Shown here: piece by piece, positions 10,200 to 20,364 of the stretch
Numbering within the stretch: position 1 is the stretch's first letter
How the letters are laid out: each line of letters starts with the position of its first letter
NCBI GenBank assembly: GCA_029247365.1
Contig: JAQWLJ010000021.1
Span: 547-64,546, forward strand
Direction of reading: 5' to 3'
From: Acidimicrobiales bacterium
Lineage (GTDB): Bacteria; Actinomycetota; Acidimicrobiia; Acidimicrobiales; Aldehydirespiratoraceae
DNA length: 64,000 nt
Translations under genes and position numbers: made by a program
Notes under the pieces: model-generated
Databases searched by the model: none
Seen by the model: the letters and a program-made list of their open reading frames with translations, nothing else
What the model was told of the DNA's origin: nothing

Positions 10200-11093
10200 T
10201 CAGTCCTTCTCCTGCAGCAGCCAAGCCATGGCACCCCGAGCTGCGTGCATGCGGTTGGCGGCCTGCACCCAGATGCGACTCTGGGGACCGTCGAGGACAG
10301 CGTCGGTCACCTCTTCGTTGCGATGAGCCGGTAGACAGTGCAAGAAGATGGCGCCGGCACTGGCGAACCCCATCAGCCGCTCATCGATTTGAAACCCCTC
10401 GAAGGCACGGCGCCGCCGCTCGGCTTCGGCCTCCTGCCCCATCGACGTCCATGTATCTGCGTAGACAACGTCGGCGCCCGCAACCGCCTCTTCAGGCCGG
10501 TCGACCACCTCGATGCTGACGCCTGCGGTCACGATGCGATCAGCGTCGCGCTCAGAAAAGCCGTAGCCACCCGGGCTGGCAATCCGAAAGTTCATGCCGC
10601 TCAGCCCAGCACCCAACGCGAGGCTGCGGGCGACATTGTTCGCGTCGCCGACATACGCAACGGTTCGCCCTGTGAGCTCGCCAAACTCCCGACGCATCGT
10701 CAAAAGGTCGGCGAGTGCTTGGAGCGGGTGGGCGTCGTCGCTGAGCATGTTGACGATCGGGACTAGATCGAGCGCAGCCATGCGCTCGACTACTGAATGG
10801 GCAAAGACCCGGGCAGCGACGACAGAGTGGAAACAGGCCATTGTCTTGGTCACGTCTTCCACCGTTTCGCGAGTGTCGAAACCGACCTCGTGGCCCTGGA
10901 TGTAGACCGGATGCCCGCCGAGTTGCACTACCGCCATCTCCATCGAGTTGCGGGTGCGAGCCGAGGGCTTTTCGAAGATCAACGCGGCGCCCTTGCCCGC
11001 AAGCACGCGGGGAGCTTCGACCGATGTGGCGATCGAAAGGATCCGGTCGATCTCTTCGGCGGTGAGATCATCGATCTCAAGGAGATGACGCAT
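10200..11093 (-). CDS. argF: ornithine carbamoyltransferase
   Basis: [11 protein letters not shown] carbamoyl-phosphate site, DTWTSMG, HCLPAHR. Confidence 0.95.
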   Translation of the reverse strand: MRHLLEIDDLTAEEIDRILSIATSVEAPRVLAGKGAALIFEKPSARTRNSMEMAVVQLGGHPVYIQGHEVGFDTRETVEDVTKTMACFHSVVAARVFAHSVVERMAALDLVPIVNMLSDDAHPLQALADLLTMRREFGELTGRTVAYVGDANNVARSLALGAGLSGMNFRIASPGGYGFSERDADRIVTAGVSIEVVDRPEEAVAGADVVYADTWTSMGQEAEAERRRRAFEGFQIDERLMGFASAGAIFLHCLPAHRNEEVTDAVLDGPQSRIWVQAANRMHAARGAMAWLLQEKD

Positions 11094-12301
11094 CAGGGGG
11101 CTCCTTCGGCGATAACCGACGTCATGATGTCGATCGCCTCGGCGACCTGAGCATCGGTAAGGATGAACGGAGGGGCGAGCCGTAACGCGCTGGGGGTGAC
11201 ACCGTTGAGGATCAGACCCCGGTCAAGACACGCACGGGCGATCTCCCCAGCAGTTCGGCCGCCGAGACCGGCCTCATTGAGCTCGACCCCGAGCAGCAAG
11301 CCTCGGCCGCGCACGTGGTCGACGCCTGGAAGCGGTTCGAGGCCCTCCCGCAGCGCTGTCTCGATCGTGATAGCAGCCCTCGGAGCATCGATAGCTTCGA
11401 GTTCAGCGATCGTCGCTCGCGCTGCTGACAGGGCGAGCGGCTGGCCGGCATAGGTCGAGCCGTGGTCGCCTGGCACGAAGGCCCCGGCGACCTCGTCACG
11501 TGCCCAGATGGCGCCTACCGGCATGCCGTTAGCGATGCCCTTGGCCATGGTGACGACGTCGGGGGTGATACCGGCGGCCTGAAAACCGAACCAGTGGCCA
11601 GTGCGACCGAACCCGGTCTGGATCTCGTCGAGGATGAGTAGCAGCCCACGTTCGTCACAAATCCGCCGGACGCCCTGCAGGTACTCCGGGTCAGCCGGGT
11701 TGACGCCCCCTTCGCCCTGCACCGGCTCGAGAATGACCCCGCCAACTTCGGGCGTCAACGACTTCTCAAACTCGTCCAGGTCGTTCCAGATGACGTGCCG
11801 GAACCCCTCTGGGAGCGGCTGAAACGGCTCGTGCTTCTCGGGTTGGCCGGTGGCGGCCAGCGTCATGAGGGTGCGGCCGTGGAAGCTGCGATACGCGCTC
11901 ACGACGCCGTGGCGGCCGCGGCCCTGATACTTGCGAACGATCTTCAGTGCCGCTTCGTTGGCCTCTGCCCCGGAATTCTGGAACAGAACCTGGCCTGGGC
12001 CGGCGTCGATCAAGCGCGAGATTGCCTCGGCCACCGGTGCCTGGTGCTCGTTGGCGAACAAGTTCGAGGTGTGAGTCAGGATCCCGGCCTGTGCCGCAAT
12101 CGCTTCGGTGACCTCCGGGTGCGCATGCCCGAGCCCAGTGACCGCCAAGCCACACAGAAAGTCGAGATGCCGGGCGCCCTGGCGATCCCACAACTCGGCA
12201 CCACTGCCCTTCACGAAAAGCCGAGGCGGCGAGCCGTAGTTGTTCATCACGGGACTGTGCGCGCCATCGGCGCCCCAGGCAGTGGCTTGTTCAGCGGTCA
12301 T
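11093..12301 (-). CDS. argD: acetylornithine aminotransferase
   Basis: Class-III aminotransferase: [14 protein letters not shown] and PLP-lysine context TMAKGIANG. Operon position. Confidence 0.9.
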   Translation of the reverse strand: MTAEQATAWGADGAHSPVMNNYGSPPRLFVKGSGAELWDRQGARHLDFLCGLAVTGLGHAHPEVTEAIAAQAGILTHTSNLFANEHQAPVAEAISRLIDAGPGQVLFQNSGAEANEAALKIVRKYQGRGRHGVVSAYRSFHGRTLMTLAATGQPEKHEPFQPLPEGFRHVIWNDLDEFEKSLTPEVGGVILEPVQGEGGVNPADPEYLQGVRRICDERGLLLILDEIQTGFGRTGHWFGFQAAGITPDVVTMAKGIANGMPVGAIWARDEVAGAFVPGDHGSTYAGQPLALSAARATIAELEAIDAPRAAITIETALREGLEPLPGVDHVRGRGLLLGVELNEAGLGGRTAGEIARACLDRGLILNGVTPSALRLAPPFILTDAQVAEAIDIMTSVIAEGAP

Positions 12302-13220
12302 GGGATCCCTCGGTGAGCTCGTCGCCCGATGAGGGCGAGCCAGTGATCATGGTGCCGATGCCGGCGTCGGTGAAGAGTTCGAGCAACAGAACGTGCGGAA
12401 CCCGCCCGTCGAGCATGTGAGCGGACGTCGCCCCCGCCTCGACCGCATGGATGCACGCCTCGACCTTTGGGATCATCCCGCCGCGGACGGTCCCATCGGC
12501 GATCAGCGAACGGATCTTGTCAACCGAGGCGCGAGCAACGATCGAGGTTGGATCGTCGACGTCGGTGAGCAGGCCCGGCACATCGGTGAGGTACACGGCC
12601 TTCTCCGCCCCGAGGGCACCGGCGAGGGCGCCGGCGACTGTGTCGGCGTTGATGTTGTATGCCTGCCCGGAGTCATCGACACCAATCGTCGACACAACCG
12701 GGATCATGTTCTCGGCCAGCAATCGTTCGATGATGTTGGGCTGGACGGAGACGACATCACCCACGAAACCCAGAGCTTCGTCTCGCGGTTCTGCAGTGAT
12801 CAAGCCGCCGTCTTCGCCGGAGAGGCCAACGGCATAGGCGCCGTGCACGTTGATCGACCCGACGATGTCGCGACCCACCTTGCCGACGAGCACCATCCGA
12901 ACAACATCAAGGGTCTCAGCGTCGGTAACCCGGAGGCCATCGACGAACTCGGTCTCTTTGCCGAGGCGTCCGAGCAGCTCACCGATCTGGGGACCACCAC
13001 CATGGACGACAACCGGCTTGAGGCCGACCGAGCGCAGCAAGACGACATCTTCTGCAAAGGTCTGAGACAGCGCCGGATCCACCATGGCATTGCCACCAAA
13101 CTTGACCACCACGACCGCGTCGCGGAACCGCTGGATGTACGGCAGTGCCTCGACCAACGCACCAGCGCGTTGGGTCGGCGAGAAACCCCGGTCGGGCAAA
13201 AGGTCATTCGTCTCGCTCAT
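12291..13220 (-). CDS. argB: acetylglutamate kinase
   Basis: VVKFGGNAM and VVHGGGPQIG motifs. ATG 13220 overlaps the argJ stop (ATGA). Confidence 0.93.
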   Translation of the reverse strand: MSETNDLLPDRGFSPTQRAGALVEALPYIQRFRDAVVVVKFGGNAMVDPALSQTFAEDVVLLRSVGLKPVVVHGGGPQIGELLGRLGKETEFVDGLRVTDAETLDVVRMVLVGKVGRDIVGSINVHGAYAVGLSGEDGGLITAEPRDEALGFVGDVVSVQPNIIERLLAENMIPVVSTIGVDDSGQAYNINADTVAGALAGALGAEKAVYLTDVPGLLTDVDDPTSIVARASVDKIRSLIADGTVRGGMIPKVEACIHAVEAGATSAHMLDGRVPHVLLLELFTDAGIGTMITGSPSSGDELTEGSHDR

Positions 13221-14458
13221 GAGCGGTACCCCGCGTTGATCTCGATGTAGCCGGCGGTGAGGTCGCACGTCCACACGGTGGCGTTGCCGTTGCCGACACC
13301 GACGTCGACACGGATCACGACCTCGTCTTCTTGGAGATGCGCCGTCGCTCGTTCCTCGGAATAGCTGGGGAGCACCCAGCCCTCAGCCGTCACCTGTTCG
13401 GGCCCAATCCAGATCTCGAGTCGGTCGCGATCAGCGGCTTCGCCCGCCTTGCCGACCGCCATGACGATGCGACCCCAGTTGGCGTCCTCGGCAGCAAGTG
13501 CGGTCTTGACGAGCGGCGAGTTCGCAATGGCGAGCCCTATCGCCTTCGCCGCCATATCGTCGGCTGCACCGGTGACGGTCACCTCGACGAACTTCGTGGC
13601 ACCCTCGCCATCGCGCACGATCTGGTGGGCGAGGTCGAGCAGCACCGTATCGAGGGCCTCTTGGAGCGCTGGGAGGCGGGGGTCGTCCTCAGTGGTGAAG
13701 TCCTCATCGATCTGCTCGCCTGTGGCGAACAACAAGACGGTGTCACTCGTCGATGTATCGGAGTCAACCGTGATCCGGTTGAAGCTCCGCTCTACCGCAT
13801 TGGAGAGACAGCGTTGCAGGAGGCTCGGCTCGACGGCAGCGTCGGTGAAGACGAAGGCGAGCATCGTGGCCATGTCCGGGGCGATCATGCCGCTGCCCTT
13901 GGCGATGCCGACGATGTGAGAGGCACAGCCACCGATCCGTGCGTAGGCGCCCTTTTGGTAGGTGTCAGTCGTGCGGATGGCATCGGCGCTCTGCGCCCAT
14001 CCGTCAGGACTCGACGTCGTGAGGTTGTCCACCAATTTGGGCAGTCCGTCGCGTAGCGCTTCCTCGGGAAGGATCTCGCCGATCACGCCCGTCGAGGCCA
14101 GGAAGACGCGATCGGGCAACACGCCGAGTGCATCTGCGATCGTCTCGGCCGTGAGCTGGGCAGCAGCCCACCCCGCCTGACCGGTGAATGCATTGGCGTT
14201 GCCCGAGTTGCACACGATGGCGCGGGCCGTTCGGTCGCCGTCCGAAAGGACTTGGCGGCACCAATCGACGGGTGCTGACGGGCATAGCGACTTGGTGAAC
14301 GTGCCGGCGACCGTCGTGCCCGCAGCCAGGGTGGCGAGAAAGAGGTCGGCACGCTCCTCGTACTTGATTCCGCCTGCGTGGGTGGCGAGCCGGACGCCGG
14401 CGATGGGCGGCATGGTCGGAAACGTGTCGGGAGCAAGCGGGGAAACTGCGTCGGCCAT
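13217..14458 (-). CDS. argJ: bifunctional glutamate N-acetyltransferase / amino-acid acetyltransferase
   Basis: ArgJ family, with the self-cleavage context PDMATMLAFVFTDA. ORF trimmed to ATG 14458 (MADAVSPLAP). Confidence 0.93.
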   Translation of the reverse strand: MADAVSPLAPDTFPTMPPIAGVRLATHAGGIKYEERADLFLATLAAGTTVAGTFTKSLCPSAPVDWCRQVLSDGDRTARAIVCNSGNANAFTGQAGWAAAQLTAETIADALGVLPDRVFLASTGVIGEILPEEALRDGLPKLVDNLTTSSPDGWAQSADAIRTTDTYQKGAYARIGGCASHIVGIAKGSGMIAPDMATMLAFVFTDAAVEPSLLQRCLSNAVERSFNRITVDSDTSTSDTVLLFATGEQIDEDFTTEDDPRLPALQEALDTVLLDLAHQIVRDGEGATKFVEVTVTGAADDMAAKAIGLAIANSPLVKTALAAEDANWGRIVMAVGKAGEAADRDRLEIWIGPEQVTAEGWVLPSYSEERATAHLQEDEVVIRVDVGVGNGNATVWTCDLTAGYIEINAGYRS

Positions 14459-14468
14459 CTCAGCTGCC

Positions 14469-15503
14469 TTAGGGGTACATACCGGCGACAGCGAGGCCGG
14501 TTGCCTCGGGCAATCCGAGGGCGAGGTTGGCGCACTGAACCGCCCCACCCGAAGCGCCCTTCACCAGGTTGTCGAGCGCCGACAGCACGATCACCCAACC
14601 AGTGCGCGGGTCAACCCGGGCAGTGATGTGGCAACTGTTGGAGCCGAGGGTGGCCTTGGTCGACGGCGAGCGTTCGCTCACGACGACGAATGGTTCGGTG
14701 TCATAGGCATCATGCAATGTTGCGAGCACGTCGTCGGTCGTGAGATCGCCCACAGGCCTGGCATAGCAGGTGGCGAGGATGCCGCGGTTCATCGGTGCGA
14801 GATGCGGGGTGAAGATAACCGACGCGTCGGCACCAGCGTGCTGACGCAACACCATCTCCATCTCGGGCGTGTGCCGGTGGTTGAGCAGGCCATACGCGCT
14901 GAAGTCCTCGTCGACGGCGCAGAAGGTGGTGTGGGGCTTGGCTGGGCGCCCGGCGCCGCTGACCCCGGTGGCAGCATCGACGATGAGGCCCGTCGAGTCG
15001 ATCAGGCCTGCCTTCGCCAACGGCGCCAGGCCCAGCACCGCGGTGGTGGGATAGCAGCCCGGCACTGCGATCAGTTCGGCCCCGGTGATCTCGGTCCGGA
15101 AGAGCTCCGGTAGGCCGTAGACGAAGTCATCGAGCAGCTCAGGTGAGCCGTGTTCGTCGCCATACCAATCCGGGTAGAGTCCGGGGTCGTCGAGCCGGAA
15201 GTCCGATGCGAGGTCGACGATGTGCTTGACCTGCCCCCGTAGTCCCGGCACGACCGACTGGCTGGCTCCGTGCGGAAGGCCAAGAAACACAAGGTCGGCG
15301 TCACGTATCGCTTCGTCGCCAGTGGGCACGTATACAAGCTCGTCATAGGCCCCGGCGAGCGATGGGTAGAGGTCGGCGACTTTCTTACCGGCCTGGCTCT
15401 CGCCGGTGGCGGCAATGACCTCGAGATCGGGGTGCGTCGCGCAGATGCGCATGAGTTCTGCGCCGGTGAATCCGGACGCGCCGACGATGGCGACCTTGTG
15501 CAT
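14469..15503 (-). CDS. argC: N-acetyl-gamma-glutamyl-phosphate reductase
   Basis: MHKVAIVGASGFTGAEL Rossmann N-terminus; active-site PGCYPT. Confidence 0.95.
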   Translation of the reverse strand: MHKVAIVGASGFTGAELMRICATHPDLEVIAATGESQAGKKVADLYPSLAGAYDELVYVPTGDEAIRDADLVFLGLPHGASQSVVPGLRGQVKHIVDLASDFRLDDPGLYPDWYGDEHGSPELLDDFVYGLPELFRTEITGAELIAVPGCYPTTAVLGLAPLAKAGLIDSTGLIVDAATGVSGAGRPAKPHTTFCAVDEDFSAYGLLNHRHTPEMEMVLRQHAGADASVIFTPHLAPMNRGILATCYARPVGDLTTDDVLATLHDAYDTEPFVVVSERSPSTKATLGSNSCHITARVDPRTGWVIVLSALDNLVKGASGGAVQCANLALGLPEATGLAVAGMYP

Positions 15504-15521
15504 GTGGGCACTCTACGACGT

Positions 15522-15539
15522 GTCGAATGTTTATACAAC
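15522..15539 (-). promoter_or_regulatory. putative ARG box (ArgR operator) overlapping a TATAAA -10-like element upstream of argC
   Basis: GTCGAATGTTTATACAAC compared with the remembered consensus nnTGAATwwwwATTCAnn gives CGAAT/GTTT/ATACA, one mismatch per block. It lies 19-36 nt upstream of the argC ATG in an AT-rich patch. Confidence 0.45.
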
Positions 15540-15618
15540 GATACGCATAGTTCTCGGAACTGGCTGTCGGAACGGGATCAGGTGGGTATTCGCGGGCGAC
15601 GCTGTCCATCGCACCCAG

Positions 15619-15633
15619 AGCGCCTCAGGCGCT
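15619..15633 (-). terminator. small hairpin downstream of the aldehyde dehydrogenase gene (weak terminator candidate, no U-run)
   Basis: AGCGCC-tca-GGCGCT, about 20 nt past the stop at 15654. Confidence 0.25.
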
Positions 15634-15653
15634 GCGATGCCGAACCAGCATTG

Positions 15654-17081
15654 TCAGAGGGCAATCCCGGCGAGCTTGGTTTCAAGGTACTCGGCGATGC
15701 CTTCGTGGCCCCCTTCTCGGCCGAGGCCGGAGTCGTTCATGCCACCGAACGGCGCCGCTGCCGAGGTGGGGTTCACGTCGTTGATGCCGATGATGCCGAA
15801 CCGCAAACCCTCCATCGCCCGAATCGCGGTCGAGAGGTCCTTCGTGTATACGTAGGCGGCAAGGCCGTAGTTGGTGTCGTTGGCGAGGTCGATCACCTGA
15901 TCGACGTCGTCGTACACGATGATCGGGGCCACCGGCCCGAACGTCTCCTCGCGGTAGATCGTCATCGCTTCGGTCACCCCGGTGACGACGGTCGGCGCGT
16001 AGAAGTGGCCGGCGTCGAGCCCGTCATCGGTGAGCCGCATCCCGCCAACCGGGACCTCTGCACCCTTGGCCCGGGCATCGTCGACCTGAGCAGCGACCTT
16101 GGCGACCGCTGCTTCGTTCACGAGCGGTCCAACACCAACGCCTTCCGCGGTGCCGACGCCGGCCTTTACCTTGGCGACGCGAGGAACGATCGTGTCGATG
16201 AATGCATCGGCGTGGTCGCGGTGGACGTAGAGACGGTTGGGGCTGATGCAGGCTTGACCCGAGTTGAGGAACTTCAGCGCCGCAGCACCCTTCGCCGCGT
16301 GGACCGGATCGGCGTCGGGGTAGACGATGAACGGGGCATGCCCGCCGAGTTCCACCGAAACCCGCTGCAGGTTCGCACCCGCCTTGGCGGCCAGGACCCG
16401 CCCAACGGCGGTCGAACCGGTGAATGTCAGCTTCTTGACCCGAGGATCGCTCGTGAAGACGTCGCCAATCGGAACCGGGTCTTCGGCCGTGACCATGTTG
16501 ATCACGCCGTCGGGAACACCGGCATCGACGAAGCACTCAAAGATCGCCTTGGCGCACAGTGGGGTCGCCTCTGCCGGTTTGAGCACGAGTGTGCAGCCAG
16601 CGGCGAGCGCCGGACCCATCTTCCGGGTGAGCATGGACATCGGGTAGTTCCAAGGCGTCACGGCCGCCACCACCCCGACAGGGGTCTTGACCGACAGGAA
16701 CCGCTGGTCGGGTCGCCCCGATGGCAGCCATTCGCCGCTGATCCGGCGGGCTTCCTCAGCGAACCAGCGCAGGAAGTCGGCGCCGTACGTGACCTCGGCT
16801 CGGCTCGCCTTGAGCGGCTTGCCCTGCTCCTCGGTCATGAGGTGCGCGAGCTCGTCGGCTCGCTCCCCCATCAGCCGCCATGCAGCCATTAAGAGATCAG
16901 CTCGGCTGTAGGCGGTGCTGGCTCCCCATTCCTTCTGCACGGCGTCGGCGGCATCGATGGCTGCAGTGGCATCGGCGGCACCACCGGCCGGCATCTCTGC
17001 GATGACCTCGCCGGTGGCCGGATTGGTGACGGCAAACGTGCCCCCGTCGATGGCGTCGACCCACTGCCCGTTAATGAACAT
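15654..17081 (-). CDS. NAD(P)-dependent aldehyde dehydrogenase, succinate-semialdehyde dehydrogenase-like
   Basis: ORF 15654-17396 trimmed to ATG 17081 (MFINGQWVDA). Motifs FTGSTAVGR, VSVELGGHAPFIV, GQACISPNR. Confidence 0.85.
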   Translation of the reverse strand: MFINGQWVDAIDGGTFAVTNPATGEVIAEMPAGGAADATAAIDAADAVQKEWGASTAYSRADLLMAAWRLMGERADELAHLMTEEQGKPLKASRAEVTYGADFLRWFAEEARRISGEWLPSGRPDQRFLSVKTPVGVVAAVTPWNYPMSMLTRKMGPALAAGCTLVLKPAEATPLCAKAIFECFVDAGVPDGVINMVTAEDPVPIGDVFTSDPRVKKLTFTGSTAVGRVLAAKAGANLQRVSVELGGHAPFIVYPDADPVHAAKGAAALKFLNSGQACISPNRLYVHRDHADAFIDTIVPRVAKVKAGVGTAEGVGVGPLVNEAAVAKVAAQVDDARAKGAEVPVGGMRLTDDGLDAGHFYAPTVVTGVTEAMTIYREETFGPVAPIIVYDDVDQVIDLANDTNYGLAAYVYTKDLSTAIRAMEGLRFGIIGINDVNPTSAAAPFGGMNDSGLGREGGHEGIAEYLETKLAGIAL

Positions 17082-17169
17082 GGGGGTGAGGCTAACGGCT
17101 CGGCCAATCCTCACTCCGATGGAGACTGCCTGAGCATCGATCCCGATCCGATCGTCGAGGAGCCCCTGC

Positions 17170-17736
17170 CACCTGCTGGCGATGCTCGATGAGCTCAATA
17201 TCGACGCGGTTCTCACATGCGATCTATTCAGCATCAGGTATGCCACAGGCACGCGCAACATGACAGTCCATGGTGTTCTCGGACCCGGCTGAATGGCGCT
17301 GATCCACGCCGACGGCAGAACGGTCCTGAGGGAATTCGCGAGCTGCGAGTACCTGACCGCCCACGCTCGCTTCGTCGACGACGTCCGCCCCGCCACGCGC
17401 TCGTCGCCAAGAAGTCACCGCACCTCCGCGACGAGATCCATACGTTCGCCGCCGAGATCGCCCACGAGGTCGGCGGGCGCTTGGCCATCGAAGCCTTCGG
17501 TCACGGCGTCGACCCCGCACTCACCCCTGCTGGACTGCAGTTGGCCGACGGCAACGAGGTACTGCAGCGCCACCTCTACCGCCTCGCCCTTGGACTCGCC
17601 ATGACGGGCGGTCATCCAAACGTGCCCAGCTTCGGAACCCATCCGTATCCACTTCCCGGATGTTTCGAGCCCAGGATGGTGATCTGCGTCGAGAGCTACG
17701 TTGGCGACCTACCCGTTCGACGAACGCCTCGGCTGA
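17170..17736 (+). pseudogene. eroded M24-family (creatinase / Xaa-Pro peptidase-like) gene remnant
   Basis: HLLAMLDELNIDAVLTCDLFSIRYATGTRNMTVHGVLGPG, in-frame TGA at 17290-17292, then MALIHADGRTVLREFASCEYL...VRPA. A frameshift near 17400 leads to SPHLRDEIHTFAAEIAHEVGGRLAIEAF...FEPRMVICVESYVGD. A further shift leads to YPFDERLG-stop at 17734. The catalytic core is missing. Confidence 0.7.
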
Positions 17737-17739
17737 CCG

Positions 17740-19428
17740 CTAGCCGAAGAGGTCGGCGAGGGCCTCGTAGTGACCGAGGCCGAGGGTGCCGTCGAGGTCG
17801 ATGAGCTGTGATCTCCGGAAGATCCCGGAGACGTCGGCTTCGAGCGTGAGGGCACCGAGTTCGACGTCGCTGCGGGCGTCGATCGCCGCCGCCACTGCGG
17901 CCAGGTGATCGTCGAGGAAGCCGTCACGGTTTGCTGCCGCCGTTGTGGTCTCCATCGGAGCGCCGTCGCTCACGACCACCAACAGGCGCCGGCTCGCCGC
18001 CTGCCCGGCTAGCCGCCGGTAGGCCCACGCGAGCGCTTCGCCATCGACCCCTTCGCGGTAGTGATGAACCGAGAGCATCGCGCCGATCGACCGGCGAGCA
18101 CGGCGCCACGAGGTTCCGACATCCTTGTAGACGATGTGCTCAAGTTCGGCGACTCGTCCGGGGCCGTCAGGCGCACCGGCGGACTTCCACGCCTTGGCTG
18201 CCTGCCCACCGGCCCAGGAGCGGGTCGTAAAGCCGAGCACCTCGACCGATGCGCCCGCGAGATCAAGCGCCTGAGTGAACGTGTCGAGCAGCACTGCGGC
18301 CGCTTCGTATCGCTGCTGCTTCATCGATCCGGAGGTGTCGACCAGAAACGTGACCGCCACATCGGCCAACGGTTGTACCCGTGGCTGGCGGAAGATCCGA
18401 TGTTCGACCGGATCGGTGACGATCATCGACAGTCGTGCAGGGTCAACCTCGCCGTCCTCCTCGGCGATCGTCCATCCATCGTCGGCGGGGCGGGCCAACA
18501 GACGCACGAGGCGCTGCGCGACCCGTGCAGCACTCACCGCTTGCGCCTTGCGATGTTGGTCGAGCTCCGTTCGCAGCGCGCGCAGCCGAGCGGCAGGGAC
18601 GAGCGCGTCGCCGCCCAGCTCGCGATCGAACTGACGAGTGAAGACGCCGTAGTCGCCCAGATGGTCGAGATCAGCGAAGCGACCGAGTTGGCCCGCCGTG
18701 CCCGTAGCGACGAGGCCGGTTCCTTCTTCCTCGTCATCCCAACCGGAGAGGAGCAGCTTCATCCGGTCGCGGTCATCGGTGGCCGCAAGATCGGCATCGC
18801 TGGCCAAGAGTGCGATCGCTTCCGCGATGGCGCGGGCATGGAACGCGAACGCCTGCTGATCCTGACGGGTGTTCGCCAGCGCATAGAGGGCCTCACCGAT
18901 GAGCGGCGCAAGCGTGAAGCGCTGCGCCTCGATGATGTCGTCGACGATCTCGCTGGTGAGTGGCCGCAGGAGCCGGCCGCGTGCCATGTGGGTGACGGTG
19001 AACACCAACAGCCCCACCCCGGACTCGGCGATCCGTTCCTGGAGGCAGTCAATTGACCAGCCGGAGAACGCGGCGGCAAGGTTGTCGTCCATGCCCCTCC
19101 ACGTCTCGGGGCGAAGCGATTCACACCGAAGCTGTTCGAGGAGATCGAACACGACCCGCTCGAGTGGTTCGGTTGGGGCCAGCTCACGATGGAGGTCGAG
19201 GTCGGAGTGGCGCAGCAAGAGACCGAGCGAGTCGGCGATACCCCTCGCCCGGGCCGGATCGACCGCACCGAGGTCAGCGGCCAGGTGGGGAGATGCGAGC
19301 CCGACCCGTCGAGAACCAATGCGGAGTGCACCGCCGCGTAGGTCGGCGTCGGGGCGCTCACCCACTGCTCGCACGATCGCAGCGCCGCGGCGTTCCGCCC
19401 GGCGCCGACGGGCGGTCTCGGTGCTCAT
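17740..19428 (-). CDS. cobT: cobaltochelatase subunit CobT-type protein (C-terminal vWA domain)
   Basis: ATG 19428 overlaps the cobS stop (ATGA). vWA MIDAS motif FLVDTSGSM. Size and pairing with CobS fit. Confidence 0.8.
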   Translation of the reverse strand: MSTETARRRRAERRGAAIVRAVGERPDADLRGGALRIGSRRVGLASPHLAADLGAVDPARARGIADSLGLLLRHSDLDLHRELAPTEPLERVVFDLLEQLRCESLRPETWRGMDDNLAAAFSGWSIDCLQERIAESGVGLLVFTVTHMARGRLLRPLTSEIVDDIIEAQRFTLAPLIGEALYALANTRQDQQAFAFHARAIAEAIALLASDADLAATDDRDRMKLLLSGWDDEEEGTGLVATGTAGQLGRFADLDHLGDYGVFTRQFDRELGGDALVPAARLRALRTELDQHRKAQAVSAARVAQRLVRLLARPADDGWTIAEEDGEVDPARLSMIVTDPVEHRIFRQPRVQPLADVAVTFLVDTSGSMKQQRYEAAAVLLDTFTQALDLAGASVEVLGFTTRSWAGGQAAKAWKSAGAPDGPGRVAELEHIVYKDVGTSWRRARRSIGAMLSVHHYREGVDGEALAWAYRRLAGQAASRRLLVVVSDGAPMETTTAAANRDGFLDDHLAAVAAAIDARSDVELGALTLEADVSGIFRRSQLIDLDGTLGLGHYEALADLFG

Positions 19429-20360
19429 CCGAGCTCGGGCAGTTCGAGTCCCATCGCCCGCTGGAGGTACTCGGCGAGGATGGGCCGCTCGGCCGGATCG
19501 CAGGTGTTGGCGAACGCCAATTCGAACGCCTCGACGACATCGCCGAAGATCTCGGCGTTCTCGGCCCATCCGATGACGGTCCGGGGTGACATCACCGTCG
19601 AAATATCACCGGCCGCAAACCCGACCCTGGTCATACCGGCGACGGCGACCATGCCAGCGATCGCAGCCGCATCGCCTTCGGGCACACGGGCGACCACAAT
19701 GCCCGCCTCGATTTCGGGGGCGAGGTAGTCGAGGCGCGCAACGATGTCCCACCGGTCGACCTGTGCTTGGTTGAGCAGTTGCGTGCCGTGGTACAGGCCG
19801 GTGAGGTTGCCCAGGCCGACTGTGTTCGCGGTGGCGAAAATGCGGAAACCCGGGTGCGCAGTGAGCACCCGGTTCTGGTCGAGCAACGTGAACTTCCCGC
19901 CGCGTTCGAGCACCCGCTGGATAACGAACATCACGTCGGGGCGGCCGGCATCAAGCTCGTCGAACACGAGCACCACTGGCCGCTCGAGCGACCACGGGAG
20001 GATGCCCTCGCGGAACTCGGTGACCTGCACGCCGTCGCGCACCACCACCGCATCGCGGCCGACGAGGTCGAGCCGGGTGATGTGTCCATCGAGGTTGACA
20101 CGCACCATCGGCCAGTTGAGCCGCGCCGCCACCTGCTCGAGGTGCGTCGACTTGCCGGTTCCGTGCGCGCCTTGCACAAGCACCCGGCGGTTGAACACAA
20201 AGCCGGCGAGGATCGCCTTCGTCACCGCGGGGTCGAAGCGATAGGCCGGGTCGACCTCGGGCACGTGTTCGTTGCGCTCGGCGTAGCCCAGGACCTTCAG
20301 GTCCGAGGAGAAGCCGAACGTCTCGACGACATCGATCGGGACATCCGGCGAATCATTCAT
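19425..20360 (-). CDS. cobS: cobaltochelatase subunit CobS (MoxR-class AAA+ ATPase)
   Basis: Blocks match CobS of Pseudomonas denitrificans as I remember it: [75 protein letters not shown]. Confidence 0.88.
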   Translation of the reverse strand: MNDSPDVPIDVVETFGFSSDLKVLGYAERNEHVPEVDPAYRFDPAVTKAILAGFVFNRRVLVQGAHGTGKSTHLEQVAARLNWPMVRVNLDGHITRLDLVGRDAVVVRDGVQVTEFREGILPWSLERPVVLVFDELDAGRPDVMFVIQRVLERGGKFTLLDQNRVLTAHPGFRIFATANTVGLGNLTGLYHGTQLLNQAQVDRWDIVARLDYLAPEIEAGIVVARVPEGDAAAIAGMVAVAGMTRVGFAAGDISTVMSPRTVIGWAENAEIFGDVVEAFELAFANTCDPAERPILAEYLQRAMGLELPELG

Positions 20361-20364
20361 GGGA

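Noticed and set aside
8400-10334. 644-aa plus-strand ORF. The same type occurs at 1168-2328, 15270-16892, 20359-22167, 46428-47627, 57381-58421 and 58903-60222.
   Set aside because: All of these lie antisense to genes with unambiguous family motifs (argG/argR, tyrS, aldehyde dehydrogenase, xsc, metK, pyrB, the alpha/beta hydrolase). Their products are Arg/Gly/Pro/His-rich with no recognisable motifs. They are classic shadow ORFs of GC-rich DNA.
17740-20360. AAA+ ATPase plus vWA protein pair as a possible novel MoxR-type chaperone or defence module.
   Set aside because: The ATPase matches canonical CobS essentially block for block, and the partner has CobT size and a MIDAS motif. The parsimonious call is a genuine CobS-CobT pair. 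Only the linkage to xsc is kept as a finding.
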